The notes beneath the pieces were generated by a model. The model searched no databases. It was not told where the DNA came from and saw nothing but the letters and a program-made list of their open reading frames with translations. From Malacoraja senta (Eukaryota), in assembly GCA_038087875.1 (NCBI GenBank), contig JAXLNO010000462.1, forward strand, positions 124,001-188,000: a stretch of DNA of 64,000 bases. Direction: 5' to 3'. The position numbers and the translations under genes are program-made. Position 1 is the first letter of the stretch. Every line of letters begins with the position of its first letter. This document shows, one piece after another, positions 48,162 through 60,311 of this stretch.

Positions 48162-48304
48162 ACCCATTCCTTCCAGCATTTTGTGTCTACCTAAACAGCG
48201 CCTATCTATCCACGTGGCGGTGTGCCAGCAGGCTGGAGGAGCGGGCAAAGGCCTTGCCGCAGAGCGGGCATGTGAAGGGCGACCTGGTAGGCAGCGCAAC
48301 CCAC

Positions 48305-49088
48305 GTCGCAGCGGCCTCTGCAGTCCGTCTGTCTTTTTTTATTTTTTTGTCTCGTTTGAGTATAGTGTTTTTTTAAACTGTGTATGTGTGGGGGGGGGGG
48401 ACTTTAAAAATCTTTTCCCTGTACGGAGGACCCGACCTTTCTCTGTCGGGTCTCCGTTGTCGTTGGGGCCTAGCACCGTGGAGCGGCCTCCAGCCGGAAT
48501 GACCTGGGGCTCCAGTCGCGGAGCCTGTGGACAACTCACCATCGTGAAGCTGGCCGAGTTCGGAGCGTGGAGAGCTGTGGTGGCGCGCTGCTGCGGCCCG
48601 ACCCCGGAGATTCGAAGGCTCCAGCCGCCGGCCCGGTTGACGGTAACACCGGGAGCTCACGGGTCCATGGTGGGAGACCGCTTTTAGAAGCTTCCGCAAC
48701 GGCAACTTCTCCCGCCCGAGTTGCGGGATTGAAGATCTCCTGGAGCGGGGTCTTACATCGTCCGGCGCGGCTTTAAATTGCCGCGGGACATGCTAGTGCC
48801 CGCCGGGGGCTCCAACATCAAGACCCGGAGCGCGGCCTTGCATCGGCCGGCGCGGCTTAAATGGCCGCGGGACTTATTTTCGATCGCCCGCCGGGGGCTT
48901 TGACTTTGACATCGGGAGGAGAATGGGGAGTGCAGGGGAGAGATAAGACTTTGTCTTCCATCTCGGTGAGGAGGAATTCGCTGTGATGGATGTTTGTGTA
49001 AATTGTGTTGTGTCTTGGTTCTTCTTCTTGTTTGTATGCCTGCACAAACCAAATTTCGTTTGAACCTAATCTAATCTAATCTAATCTA
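48305..49088 (+). mobile_element. GC-rich non-coding retroposon-like repeat ending in a (CTAAT)n tail
   Basis: Internal repeats (CCGGCGCGGC...AAATxGCCGCGGGAC...CCCGCCGGGGGC); LINE-like 3' end AAATTTCGTT followed by (CTAAT)n at ~49067-49088. Confidence 0.55.
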
Positions 49089-49203
49089 AGGGGCGCTGGT
49101 GTGGACTCGCCGGTGCTCCAGCAGGTGGTCAAGGCGGGTGAAAGCCTCGCCACTCAGCGCACACAAAATCCGCTGGTGCTCCCGCAGCCCCCGTGCTCTC
49201 TTG

Positions 49204-50598
49204 TCACAGTGGGAGCAGCTGCTCGCCAGCGTGGGTCCGCCGGTGCTGCCGCAACCCCCGCGAGCTGTCAAACTCCTCACCGCAGTACGGGCAGTTATAG
49301 GGCTGGCCACTGGTGTGCATGCGCTGGTGAGACAGGGCTTGGGAGGCCATGGCAATTTGTTCTCTACACACCGGGCTGGGGAAGGGGCGGTCGCCGGCGT
49401 GCACCCACTGGTGGGACAGCAGCTTGGTGGAGCTGGTGAAGCCCTTGCCGCACTGGGCGCAGGTGTAGGGACGCTCGCCGGTGTGGGTGCGCTGGTGGGA
49501 CAGCAGGTGGGTGGAGCGGGTGAAGCCCTTGCCGCACTGGGCACAGGTGTAGGGGCGCTCGCCGGTGTGGGTGCGCTGGTGATCCAGCAGATTGCCGGAG
49601 TGGGTGAAGCCCTTGCCGCACTGGGCGCAGGTGTAGGGGCGCTCACCGGTGTGGGTGCGCTGGTGCCTCAGCATGCTGCTAGACTGGGTGAAGCCCTTGC
49701 CACACTGGGCGCAGGTGAAGGGACGCTCGCCGGTGTGGGTGCGCTGGTGGGACAGCAGGTGGGTGGAGCGGGTGAAGTCCTTGCCGCACTGGGCACAGGT
49801 GTAGGGACGCTCACCGGTGTGGGTGCGCTGGTGCACCAGCAGGCTGCTGGAGTGGGTGAAGCGCTTGCCACACTGGGCACAGGTGTAGGGACGCTCGCCG
49901 GTGTGGGTGCGCTGGTGCACCCGCAGGCTGCTGGAGTGGCTGAAGCCCTTGTCGCACTGGGCGCAGGTGTAGGGACGCTCGCCAGTGTGTGTGCGCTGGT
50001 GCTCCAGCAGGGTGCAGGACTGGATGAAGCCCTTGCCGCACTGGGCGCAGGTGTAGGGCCGCTCACCGGTGTGGATGCGCTGGTGCTCCTGCAGGTTGTG
50101 GGACTGGGGGAAGCCCTTGCCGCAGTCGCTGCAGGTGTAGGGCCACTCCCCGGTGTGCAGGCGCCTGTGCTTCTTCAGCTCTGGTGAGGACTTGAAGCCT
50201 TTGCCGCAGTCGGAGCAGGTGAAGGGCCGCTCACTGCTGTGCACCCGCCGGTGCTGCCTTAGCCCCGACAACCGGACAAACCTCATGTCGCAGATGGAGC
50301 AGCAATATGGCTTCTCGCCCGTGTGCATCCGCCGGTGGGTCTTCAGCTCATTCGTCGTCTTGAAGCTCTTGCCGCAGTCGGAGCAGGTGAAGGGCCACTC
50401 GCCGGAGTGCACGCGGTTGTGCCGCAGCAGGCTGCTGGAGCTGGTGAAGCTCTTCCCGCACTCCGAGCAGTCGAAAGGGCGATCTCCCGTGTGAACCCGC
50501 CGGTGGATCTCCAGCTGGCTTGGGCGCTGACACGCCTTGCCACACACGTCGCACTCATAACGCTTCTCCTTGTTGTGCCCCGTCATGTGGTCCTGCAT
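49204..50598 (-). CDS. Tandem C2H2 zinc-finger protein (464 aa; 15 canonical fingers + 1 degenerate)
   Basis: Uninterrupted ORF of CxxC-x12-HxxxH units with TGERPY linkers; candidate splice acceptor (pyrimidine-rich ...CCTGCAG|G) at 50727/50726. Confidence 0.88.
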   Translation of the reverse strand: MQDHMTGHNKEKRYECDVCGKACQRPSQLEIHRRVHTGDRPFDCSECGKSFTSSSSLLRHNRVHSGEWPFTCSDCGKSFKTTNELKTHRRMHTGEKPYCCSICDMRFVRLSGLRQHRRVHSSERPFTCSDCGKGFKSSPELKKHRRLHTGEWPYTCSDCGKGFPQSHNLQEHQRIHTGERPYTCAQCGKGFIQSCTLLEHQRTHTGERPYTCAQCDKGFSHSSSLRVHQRTHTGERPYTCAQCGKRFTHSSSLLVHQRTHTGERPYTCAQCGKDFTRSTHLLSHQRTHTGERPFTCAQCGKGFTQSSSMLRHQRTHTGERPYTCAQCGKGFTHSGNLLDHQRTHTGERPYTCAQCGKGFTRSTHLLSHQRTHTGERPYTCAQCGKGFTSSTKLLSHQWVHAGDRPFPSPVCREQIAMASQALSHQRMHTSGQPYNCPYCGEEFDSSRGLRQHRRTHAGEQLLPL

Positions 50599-50827
50599 TG
50601 AAGCTCAGCCCCTCGAAGCTCAGCCCGCACACCGAGCAGATGGGGGAGGGGCTCACCGGCAGCCTGGCCGCCCTCAATGGCCGCCCAAGTCCCCGTCTCT
50701 CCTTCCACAGCAACGGCTCTTTAACCCTGCAGGACGGGTACACAGAGGGTCAACAAGCTGGCAAACACAACATTACTAGCACATATTGGGTGCGTTTATG
50801 GCGGAGGAAACCGTTATATAATTCTGT

Positions 50828-51135
50828 GCAGCACAGTGGCGCAGCGGTACAGTTGCTGCCTCACCGCCAGAGACTCGGGCTCGATCCTGACTACGGATGT
50901 TGTCCATGTGGAGTTTGTACGTTCTCCCCTTGATCTGCGTGGGTTTTTACTCCGGGTGCTTCGGTTTCCTCCAACATTTCAAAGACGTTCAGGGTTGTAG
51001 ATTAATCGGCCTCAGCAAAACTGTTAAATTGTCCCTAATGTGCGTAGGATAGTTCTAGTGTACGGGGTGATCGCTGGTAGGCGCGGACTCCACGGGCCGA
51101 AAGACCTGTTTCCGCGCTGCATCTCTAAACTAAAC
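50828..51135 (+). mobile_element. HE1-like tRNA-derived SINE, near full length
   Basis: A box GTGGCGCAGCGG; B box-like GGCTCGATCC; V-domain-like core; CR1-like tail with CTAAA repeats. Confidence 0.88.
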
Positions 51136-51266
51136 CAAAGGGTCTCTACCCAAAATGTCACACATTCATTCTCTCCACAGATGCTGCCTGACCCGCTGGG
51201 TTACTCCAGCACTTTGTGTCTATCTTCTCCACAGATGCTGCCTCACATGCTGAGTTACTCCAGCAC

Positions 51267-52125
51267 TCTCTCTCTGTCTCCCTCTCTCTGTCTGTCTCTC
51301 TCTCTCTTTCTCTCTTTCTCTGTCTCTCCCCCTCTCTCTCTGTCGCCTCTCTTGTCTCTCTCTCTCCCTGTAACTGTCTCTCTTTCTCCCTCTCTCCATC
51401 TCACTCTCTCTCTCTCTCTCTCTCTGTCTCTCCCTCTGTCTGTCTCTCCCTCTTTCTCTCTCTCTCTCTATCTGTCTCTCACTGTCTCTCTCTGTCTGCC
51501 TCCCTCTCTCTGTCTCTCTCCGTCTCTCACTCTCTCTGTCGTCTCTCTCTGTTTCTCACTCTCTCTCTCTGCATCTTTCTCTCTCTCTAACTCTGTCTCT
51601 CTCTCTGTGTCTCTTTCCCCTCTCTGTCTCTCTCTCTCTCTGCATCTCTTTCTCTCTCTCCCTCTGTCTGTCTCTCATTCTCTCTCCCTCTCTGTCTCTC
51701 TCTCTCTCTATCTGTCTCTCTCTCCCTCTCTCCATCTCTCTCTCTGTCACCCTTTCTGTCTTTCCCCCTCTCTCTCTCTCTCTTTCTCTCTGTCTCTCAC
51801 TGCCTCTCACTCTCTATCTCTCTCTCTTTCTGTCTCTCTCTTCTTTCTCTCTCTCTCTGTCTCTCATTCCGTCTCCCTCTGCCTCCCTCTCTCTGTTCTT
51901 CTCTTTCTTTCTCTCTCTATCACTCTGTCTATCCGTCTCTCACTGTGTCTCTCTGTCTGTCTCACTCTCTCGCTCTTTGTCTCTCACACTCTCTGTGTCA
52001 CTCCCTCTCTCTGTGTCACTCTCTGTCTCTCTCTTCCAGTCTCTCCCTCTCTCTGTCTCTCTCTCTCACTCCCTCTCTCTCTGTCTCTCTCTCCCTCAGT
52101 CTCTCCCTCTCCCTCACTCTCACTC

Positions 52126-52158
<33 letters not shown>

Positions 52159-52607
52159 GTCTGTCTGTCTCTCTCTATCTCTCCCTCTCTGTTTCTCTCT
52201 CTCTCTCCCTCACCCTGTCTCTCTGTGTGTGTGTGTCTCTCTCTCAGTCTCTCACCATCTCTCTCTGTCTCTGTCTATATCTCTCTCCCTCCCTCTCTCC
52301 CTGTCTCTCTTTCTCTCTATCTCCCTCCCACTCTCTCCTTCTGCCTCTCTCTGTCTCTTTCCATCTCTCACTGACTGTCTCTCTCTCGCTCCCTCTCTCT
52401 CTGTCGCTCTCTCTCTGTTTCTCACCGCCTCTCTCTCTGTCTCTCTCTCTCTCTCTCTGTCTCTCTCTATCTCTCTCTGTCTCTCTCTCCATCTTTCTCT
52501 CATTCTCTCTCCGTTTCTCTCTCTCTACCTGTCTCTCTTTCACTCTCTCTGTCTCTCTCTCTCTCTGTCACTCTCTGTGTTTATCTCTCTCTCTCTCTCT
52601 GTTTCTT

Positions 52608-52638
<31 letters not shown>

Positions 52639-52985
52639 CTCTCTCTCTGCCCCTCTCGTTGTCTCTCTCTATCTCTGTCCCTCTCTCTCTGTCTCTCTCT
52701 CTCTGCCTCCCTCGCTTTCTCCCTCTTAATGCCTCTCTCTCTGTCTCTGTCTCTCTCTCCGTCTCACTCAGTCTCTCCCTCTCTCACACTCTCACCCTCT
52801 GTGTGTCTCTCTCTCTGTCTCTCTCTCTTTTCTCCCTCTCCCACTCTCTCTTTCTGCCTCTCTCTGTCTCTCTCCGTCTCACTGACTGTCTCTCTGTCTC
52901 TCTCTCTCTCTGTCTCTCCCTGTCTCTCTGTCCCTCTCTGTCCCTCTTTCTGTCCTCTCTGTCTCCCTCTCTGTCTCTCTCCCTG
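51267..52985. repeat. Degenerate (CT)n polypyrimidine tract, ~1.7 kb
   Basis: Directly visible. Confidence 0.98.
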
Positions 52986-52989
52986 TTTA

Positions 52990-53706
52990 AGGGCAAGACT
53001 ACTTTATCAAAGGGAGCTGAGGGAATGCTCTGTGTTCTGTTTCACAGAGACATGGCTCACCCCCAGCTCCCCAGACTCAGCATTCCAGCCTGAAGGGTTC
53101 TCCATCCACCGTATGGACCGTACACTGGCATATGGGAAAGGGAGAGGAGGGGGCACCTGCCTCATGGTCAACCCTGCATGGTGCTCAGACGTGGCAGTCC
53201 TGTCCAACTCCTGCTCTCCACACCTCAAACATCTGGCAGTGAAGTGCCGCCCCTTCTACCTCCCGAAGGAATTCACCTCCATCATCCTGACCGTGGTCTA
53301 CATCCCACCCCAGGCAGACGTCCGTCTGGCACTGGAGGAGCTGCACGCCATGGTCAACAAACACCAGACATCTTACCCCGAGGCATTTACCACCATTGCT
53401 GGGGACTTCAATAAGGCAAACCTAACGAAATCGCTCCCTAACTTCCACCAACATGTCTCCTGCTGCACCAGAGGACCAAACACCCTCGACCACTGCTACA
53501 CCACCATCAAGGATGCCTATCGCTCTATCCCTCGTCCTCACTTCGGTAAATCCGACCATAACGCAGTGCTGCTTCTTCCTGTAGTTGTAGATGAACAACT
53601 ACAGGACTGTTTGGAGTCTGTAGTCTGGGCAATGTTCAAGGACTCGGCAATGGACTTGAACAAATAGGCCATAGTTGTGACAGACTTCATTAAATGTGCG
53701 GAGGAT
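52990..53706 (+). mobile_element. Rex1/Babar LINE, endonuclease portion
   Basis: CFTETWL...GKGRGGG...CRPFYLPKEF...VYIPPQA...AGDFN...LDHCY...GKSDH. Confidence 0.9.
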
Positions 53707-56700
53707 AGCTACGGATGCTAACAAAAATAGCAAAAAATAAAAAATAATGAACTAACAATACTAATACGAATTTTTACTAAATTCAAACCTTATCTATAAC
53801 TGGGAGGAGGGGGATGAGAAATGAGCACCTGGCTTAGGTCCAGGGGCACGTCTTGTTAACCCCTTCAACCAACAGTTGACCATTATTGAAGTCAAAATTA
53901 TCTGTTTAATAATTAGTAGCTAAAATTGCAATATATACATGATATGTTATAATGAAATATATAGGGTAAAACTGTATTATATATCTGAATGTGAGGCCCC
54001 GTTTTAATATTTTAATATGTTATGATTAACCAAGAGAGCGGAGCTATTTGTTTAACATCACAATGGAAGTCGAAACAAGGTTTTCTCCCACCTACAGGTG
54101 GGCCACTTGTTACAGTGTCGACTATATTAGACACTGTATTTTCACTTTTTTAATTTTTTTTTATTATCACATAAACTCACATGTTTGTGTTTTGTGTTTA
54201 GTGATAAGCATAAAAGGGATATACCAACAAAACTTAGAAATTCAAAAGTTCCCCCAATACCCAAAGACCTGAGATATGGATGCACCACAAGATTTAAAGG
54301 TACTATAATTATTCAAAATGCAAGATGCCAAGCAAAAGAACCTAGGAGTCTCATTCTGTAGTTGGAATATAAGAGGTATTAACGAACCTATTAAAAGGGG
54401 TAAGATACTAGCTCAGCTGAAACTGTACAACTCTGACATTATAACCTTACAAGAAACTCATCTAAAATCTCATGATCAAGCTAGGTTGAGGACGAAATGG
54501 ATAGGTCAAACATACCATTCTTCATTTACTTCGAAATCTAGAGGTACGTCAATCTTTATAAGAAAAGGTATACCATTTAAAGCAAAGAATACCATAACAG
54601 ACATCGAAGGGAGATACTTAATAGTTAATGGAGAAATTCATGATATTCCAATTACCTTGGTAAATATATACGCGCCTAACTTTGACAACCCTCATTTTAA
54701 AAATAAAATTCTGAACATAATCGTAGAGTCTAACTATCAAAATGTTATAATAGGAGGAGACTTTAACTGTGTTTTAGATCCGTATTTAGATAAATCAAGC
54801 CAAAAACAGAGAGGGAATACGAAATCTAAAACCGGTGAACTTCTCAATACTTATATAAACAATACTAATATAGCAGATGTTTGGAGAATTGTTAATCCAA
54901 CTGGCAGGGAATACTCGTTTTATTCAATGGTACACAAAACATACTCACGTATAGATTATTTCCTGGTGGATACAAAATTAATCCCTCATACTTTTAACCC
55001 AACATACCATACAAATTCGATTTCAGACCATTCACCACTAAATTTCTTTTTAAAACTGGAAGGAATGTCTAAGAATAAACCGTTCTGGAGATTTAATTCT
55101 CACATCCTAAAAGATCCACAAGCGAGTATATATTTAAAAGAACAAACGGATGCCTTTTTTGAAATAAATGACACTCAAGAGATATCGCCTACTGTATTAT
55201 GGGAATCTTTTAAAGCATACATTAGTGGTATTATAATTTCATATCAAGCTTTTCAAAATAAAAATAATAATAATGAACAAAAACAGTTAGAGGAACTTAT
55301 TAGACAAATGGATATAGATAATGCTAAAGATCCATCAATAGATAAACATAATAAAATAATAATTTTGAAATTTAAATTAAATAAACTATTATGAGCCAAA
55401 CTGATAAGACTTTTTCAAATTACAAAACAAGAGCACTTTGAATTTGGGGATAAACCGCATAAACTTTTGGCTCGCCAGCTAAAAAAACGAGAAAAAGAAC
55501 ATACGATCCCAAAGATTAAATCAGATAGAGGGGAATTATTAACCATACCGAAGGATATTAATAAAAGATTTGCGCAATTTTATGAGAATTTGTATACATC
55601 TAAAACGATAACTGACTCCAGTAAAATTACACAGTTTTTGGATAATTGTAATCTTCCAAAGTTAGAGTTGAAGGAACAAGAGGAATTGGGAGCACAAATC
55701 TCAATTAAGGAATTAGAAGATACAATAAACTCACTAAAGAATGGAAAAACACCAGGTCCTGATGGATTTACTAATGAATTTTACAAAAGCTTCTATAACA
55801 AAATTATACCAAGATTACAAAAAATGTACCAATATGCTTTTAAAAAACAAATACTACCCGATACATTAGCGGAATCAACGATTACACTAATACTTAAGAA
55901 AGACAAAGATATAGAAGAACTGGGTTCATATAGAGCTATAGCATTGTTAAACACAGATCAAAAAATATTAGCGAAAACATTAGCTAGAAGATTAAGTAAA
56001 TATATTAGTAAACTAATAAACCCAGATCAGACGGGGTTTATCCCTAAGAGATATTCATCTAACAATATGAGACGTTTACTTAACATAATGCACTCACATA
56101 CATCTGAAGAACAAGAATTATCAATTATTTCGCTGGATGCTGAAAAAGCATTTGACCAAGTAGAATGGAATTATATGGATAAAGTATTACAAAAATTCCA
56201 ACTGGGAGAGAATTTTATCCAATGGATTAAATTATTATATAATAAACCTACAGCTAGAATATTAACTAATAACATATTATCCTCAAAATTTCAACTATCA
56301 AGGGGAAATAGACAAGGATGCTTATTATCACCACAGTTGTTTGCTCTTATTATTGAACCGTTAGCAGAAAAAATTAGAATACATCCATGGGTATAATACT
56401 AAATATTCAAATAATAAAATATCTCTATACGCAGATGATATATTACTGTACATTACAAAACCTCAAATCACTATACCAAATATATTAAATTTAATTGAAG
56501 ACTTTGGATCTTTTTCTGGATACAGAATAAATTGGAATAAAAGTGAAATTATGTCAATAAAACCGAAAGACTCAACACATCTTTTAAAATTCCCTTTTAA
56601 AATAGCTACAGAAAAATTTAAATACTTGGGAATCGAAATTACTAGAACATATCAAGGTATGTTTAAAGCAAATTTTGATCCTCTACTTAATAAATTAAAC

Positions 56701-58494
56701 ACACTAATTAAATTTTGGAAAACGCTCCCGATGTCTTTAATAGGCCGAATAAATGCAATAAAAATGATCTTTCTACCACAAATTTTATACCTATTTCAAT
56801 CGATTCCTATAAACCTACCAAAGAAGGTTTTTTTTAAATTGGACTCAGATATCACTAATTTTATATGGGACTATAAATCACATAGAATACAAAAAACTCA
56901 CTTGAACAAACCTAAAGTATTAGGGGGCTTAGCACTACCTAATTTCATGTATTATTATTGGTCAGTAAATATTAAAAATATGATTCAACTGATGGATAAC
57001 TCTGCCCAGCAAGTGGACTGGATTGTAATGGAGAGAGAGGATTGCTCCTCTGGAAACATTGGAGCGATCCTCCTCTCACCAATGAAACTGAATAACATAA
57101 ATTATAATAATAACCCAATTATACATAGCACAATCAGAATTTGGAAACAAATAAAACAAAATTTAAAATTAGGAAATGTATCACTTTTATCTCCCATAGT
57201 TAATAATCCTTCGTTTAATCCCTCTATTATAGATAAATCTTTCACACACTGGGATAGATTAGGAATTAAAACGTTCGGTGACCTGTATGAAACTGGAAAA
57301 TTACTTTCATTTCAACAATTACAAATAAAATATAAACTCGGAAATAATCAATATTTTAAATATTTTCAAATATGCGACTATTTGAAAAAATATACAAAAG
57401 ATCATTATAATAGCCCAGCAGATGTATTGGATGATGCAATGCAGATAAAAGCTGAATCAGCAAACTTAATATCATATTTGTATAATATTATTTTAAATGT
57501 AGAAATACCATCTACGGAGGGTATCAGAAGAGACTGGGAACAAGAATTAGCTATTAAAATTTCAATGGAAAGGTGGAATGAACACTTATTAAATGTGCAT
57601 AAATGTTCGATTAATGTAAGACACACTTTAATACAATTTAAAATTTTACATAGATTATATTATTCCAAAACTAAAATCCATAACATTTTCCCAAACGTAT
57701 CATCCATTTGTGATAAATGTCAATCTCAAGAAGCTACTATAGCGCACTCATTTGTTTTCTGTACACAAATTCAAAAATTTTGGATTGAAATTTTTGAAAT
57801 CTTTACAAAATTATTTAAAATAAAACTGATACCCAAAGCAGAATGGATTATCTTCGGAATAACGGAAGATGGTCCAGAACTAAATGTGTTCCAAAAGAAA
57901 CTAATAGACTATGGGTTAATAACTGGAAAAAAGCTAATCCTAAAATTTTGGGAAAAGGCTCCAATACCAACTATAAACATGTGGATTTCAAATATGTTCG
58001 AAACATTACACATAGAAGAGATAAGACTCCTCCTGGCAGGTAAACCAGATCACTTCCACCTGACGTGGTCTGCATTTATAGAATTATTACAAATATAGGG
58101 TGCAAAAGTACCTTAAAAAAAACCTGAGGTCAGGTAAGGGGGGATGAAAGTTGGAGAGTTGGTATGTCCCATTTGCGTGATGCTTACAAAAACTATTTGT
58201 TTTTCTCTTTTCCCTCTTTCTCTTTCTTCTTCTTTTCTAGGGTCTATTTCTTAACTCTTTTTCTTTTGTTTTTAATTTTGTTCTTATAGGGTCTTTGTTC
58301 TTTCTTGTTGTCACGTTTTTTACACTTTCACCTTTCCTTCACTTTCTTCTTTCTCTCAATCTCATCCTTTCCCTTTATTAGTGTAAAAAACAAACGGAGT
58401 ACATTAATTGTAAGAAGATATATGTGACAAGTACTAATGTATGTGGTTGTAATGTAATGTACTTCCAATAAATAAAAAATAAAAAAAATAAAAA
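53707..58494 (+). mobile_element. L1-clade LINE with complete-length but disrupted ORF2, 5'-truncated, nested in Rex1
   Basis: TSD TAAATGTG(C/T)GGAGGAT at 53691-53706 and 58495-58510; A-rich tail at 58467-58494. Confidence 0.95.
54318..58098 (+). pseudogene. L1 ORF2 (APE endonuclease, RT, CCHC)
   Basis: SWNIRG, LQETH, GGDFN, SRIDY, SDH; in-frame stop at 55392-55394; frameshift near 56390 before LYADD; CDKC...H....C. Confidence 0.93.
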
Positions 58495-59326
58495 TAAATG
58501 TGTGGAGGATTGCATCCCCACCAAAACCTTCTGAGTGTTTCCCAATCAGAAACCTTGGATGAACTTTGAGATCCGCACTCTTCTGAAGACCAGACACCGG
58601 GCATTCATGTCTGATGATATAGTGATCTACAAGAAGTCCAGATACGGACTTCAAATGGTAAGGCCATCAAAAAGGCGAAAAGGGACTTCTGCTCCAAACT
58701 GGATGATGAGACAGATGTTCGGCAGCTGTGGCGGGGTCTGAATGCAATCACAAGGCGAAACCAGGAGGCAGTCGAATGTCGGCGAAACATCACTCCCTGA
58801 TGAGCTCAATGCGTTTTACGCACACTTTGATAGGGAGAACACTGATGTGCCTTCCCGAGCCCCCATTCGCTGTGTTGGTATTTCAGTCTCAGTCACAGGA
58901 AATCCTTCAGAGGGGTGAACCCTCGAAAAGCGCCTGGACCTGATGGTATACCCGGTCGTGTTCTTAAAAACCTGTGTAGACCAACTGGCTGGAGTTTTTA
59001 ACGGACATTTTCAATCTCTCACATCTGAGGTTCGAGGTTCCCACCTGCTACAAAATGGCATCAATTATACCAGTGCCCAAGAAGAGTAAGGTGACTCAAT
59101 GACTATCGACCAGTGGCACTAACGCCTGTGGTGATGAAGTGCTTTGCGAGGTTGATCATGGCGCAAATCAACTCCTATCTCGACAAAAACCTGGACCCAC
59201 TGCAGTTTGCTTACCGCCACAACAGATCAACGGTGGATGCGATCTCGCTGGCCCTCCATTCCGCTCTGGACCACTTGGACAACAAAAACTCATATGTCAG
59301 GCTGTTATTCATTGATTACAGCTCGG
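58495..59326 (+). mobile_element. Rex1/Babar LINE, continuation (RT N-terminal part)
   Basis: [18 protein letters not shown]...[14 protein letters not shown]...[12 protein letters not shown]; cut by a CR1 tail. Confidence 0.9.
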
Positions 59327-60311
59327 CATAGAAACATAGAAACATAGAAAATAGGTGCAGGAGTAGGCCATTCGGCCCTTTGAGACTGCACCGCCATTCA
59401 ATATGATCATGGCTGATCATCCAACTCAGCATCCTGTACCTCCCTTCTTAAATTACCCCCTGATCGCTTTAGCCACAAGGGCCACATCTAACTCCCTCTT
59501 AAATATAGCCAATGAACTGGCCTCAACTACCTTCTGTGGCAGAGAATTCCAGAGATTCACCACTCTCTGTGTGAAAAATGTTTTTCTCATCTCGGTCCTA
59601 AAACATTTCCCCCTTATCCTTAAACTGTGACCCCTTGTCCTGGACTTCCCCAACATCGGGAACAATCTTCCTACATCTAGCCTGTCCAACCCCTTAAGAA
59701 TTTTGTAAGTTTCTATAAGATCCCCCCTCAATCTTCTAAATTCTAGCGAGTACAAGCCGAGTCTATCCAGTCTTTCTTCATATAAAAGTCCTGACATCCC
59801 AGGAATCAGTCTGGTGAACCTTCTCTGTACTCCCTCTATGGCAAGAATGTCATTCCTCAGATTTGGAGACCAAAACTGTACGCAATACTCCAGGTGTGGT
59901 CTCACCAAGACCCTGTACAACTGCAGTAGAACCTCCCCGCTCCTATACTTAAATCCTTTTGCTATGATACCATTCGCTTTCTTCACTGCCTGCTGCACCT
60001 GCATGCCTACTTTCAATGACTGGTGTACCATGACACCCAGGGTTCGTTGCATCTCCCCTTTTTCCTAATCGGCCACCATTCAGATAATAGTCTACTTTCC
60101 TGTTTTTGCCACCAAAGTGGATAACCTCACATTTATCTACATTATACTGCATCTGCCATGCATTTGCCCACTCACCTAGCCTATCCAAGTCACCTTGCAG
60201 CCTCCTAGCATCCTCCTCACAGCTAACACTGCCCCCCAGCTTCGTGTCATCCGCAAACTTGGAGATGTTGCATTCAATTCCTTTATCCAAATCATTAATA
60301 TATATTGTAAA
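59327..60311 (-). mobile_element. CR1 family B, 3' part (continues at 63540-64000)
   Basis: (CATAGAAA)n tail; ORFs 59453..60052 and 59949..60290 (FADD). Confidence 0.93.

Noticed and set aside
49099..50187. 362-aa Gly/Ala/Val-rich ORF on the + strand
   Set aside because: Antisense shadow of the GC-rich zinc-finger repeats.
50828..50900. tRNA genes at SINE heads (also 32110 and 39248)
   Set aside because: A/B boxes continue into SINE body and tail; no complete cloverleaf.
51040..53093. Long Ser/Leu-rich and Arg/Glu-rich ORFs
   Set aside because: Translations of the (CT)n tract.
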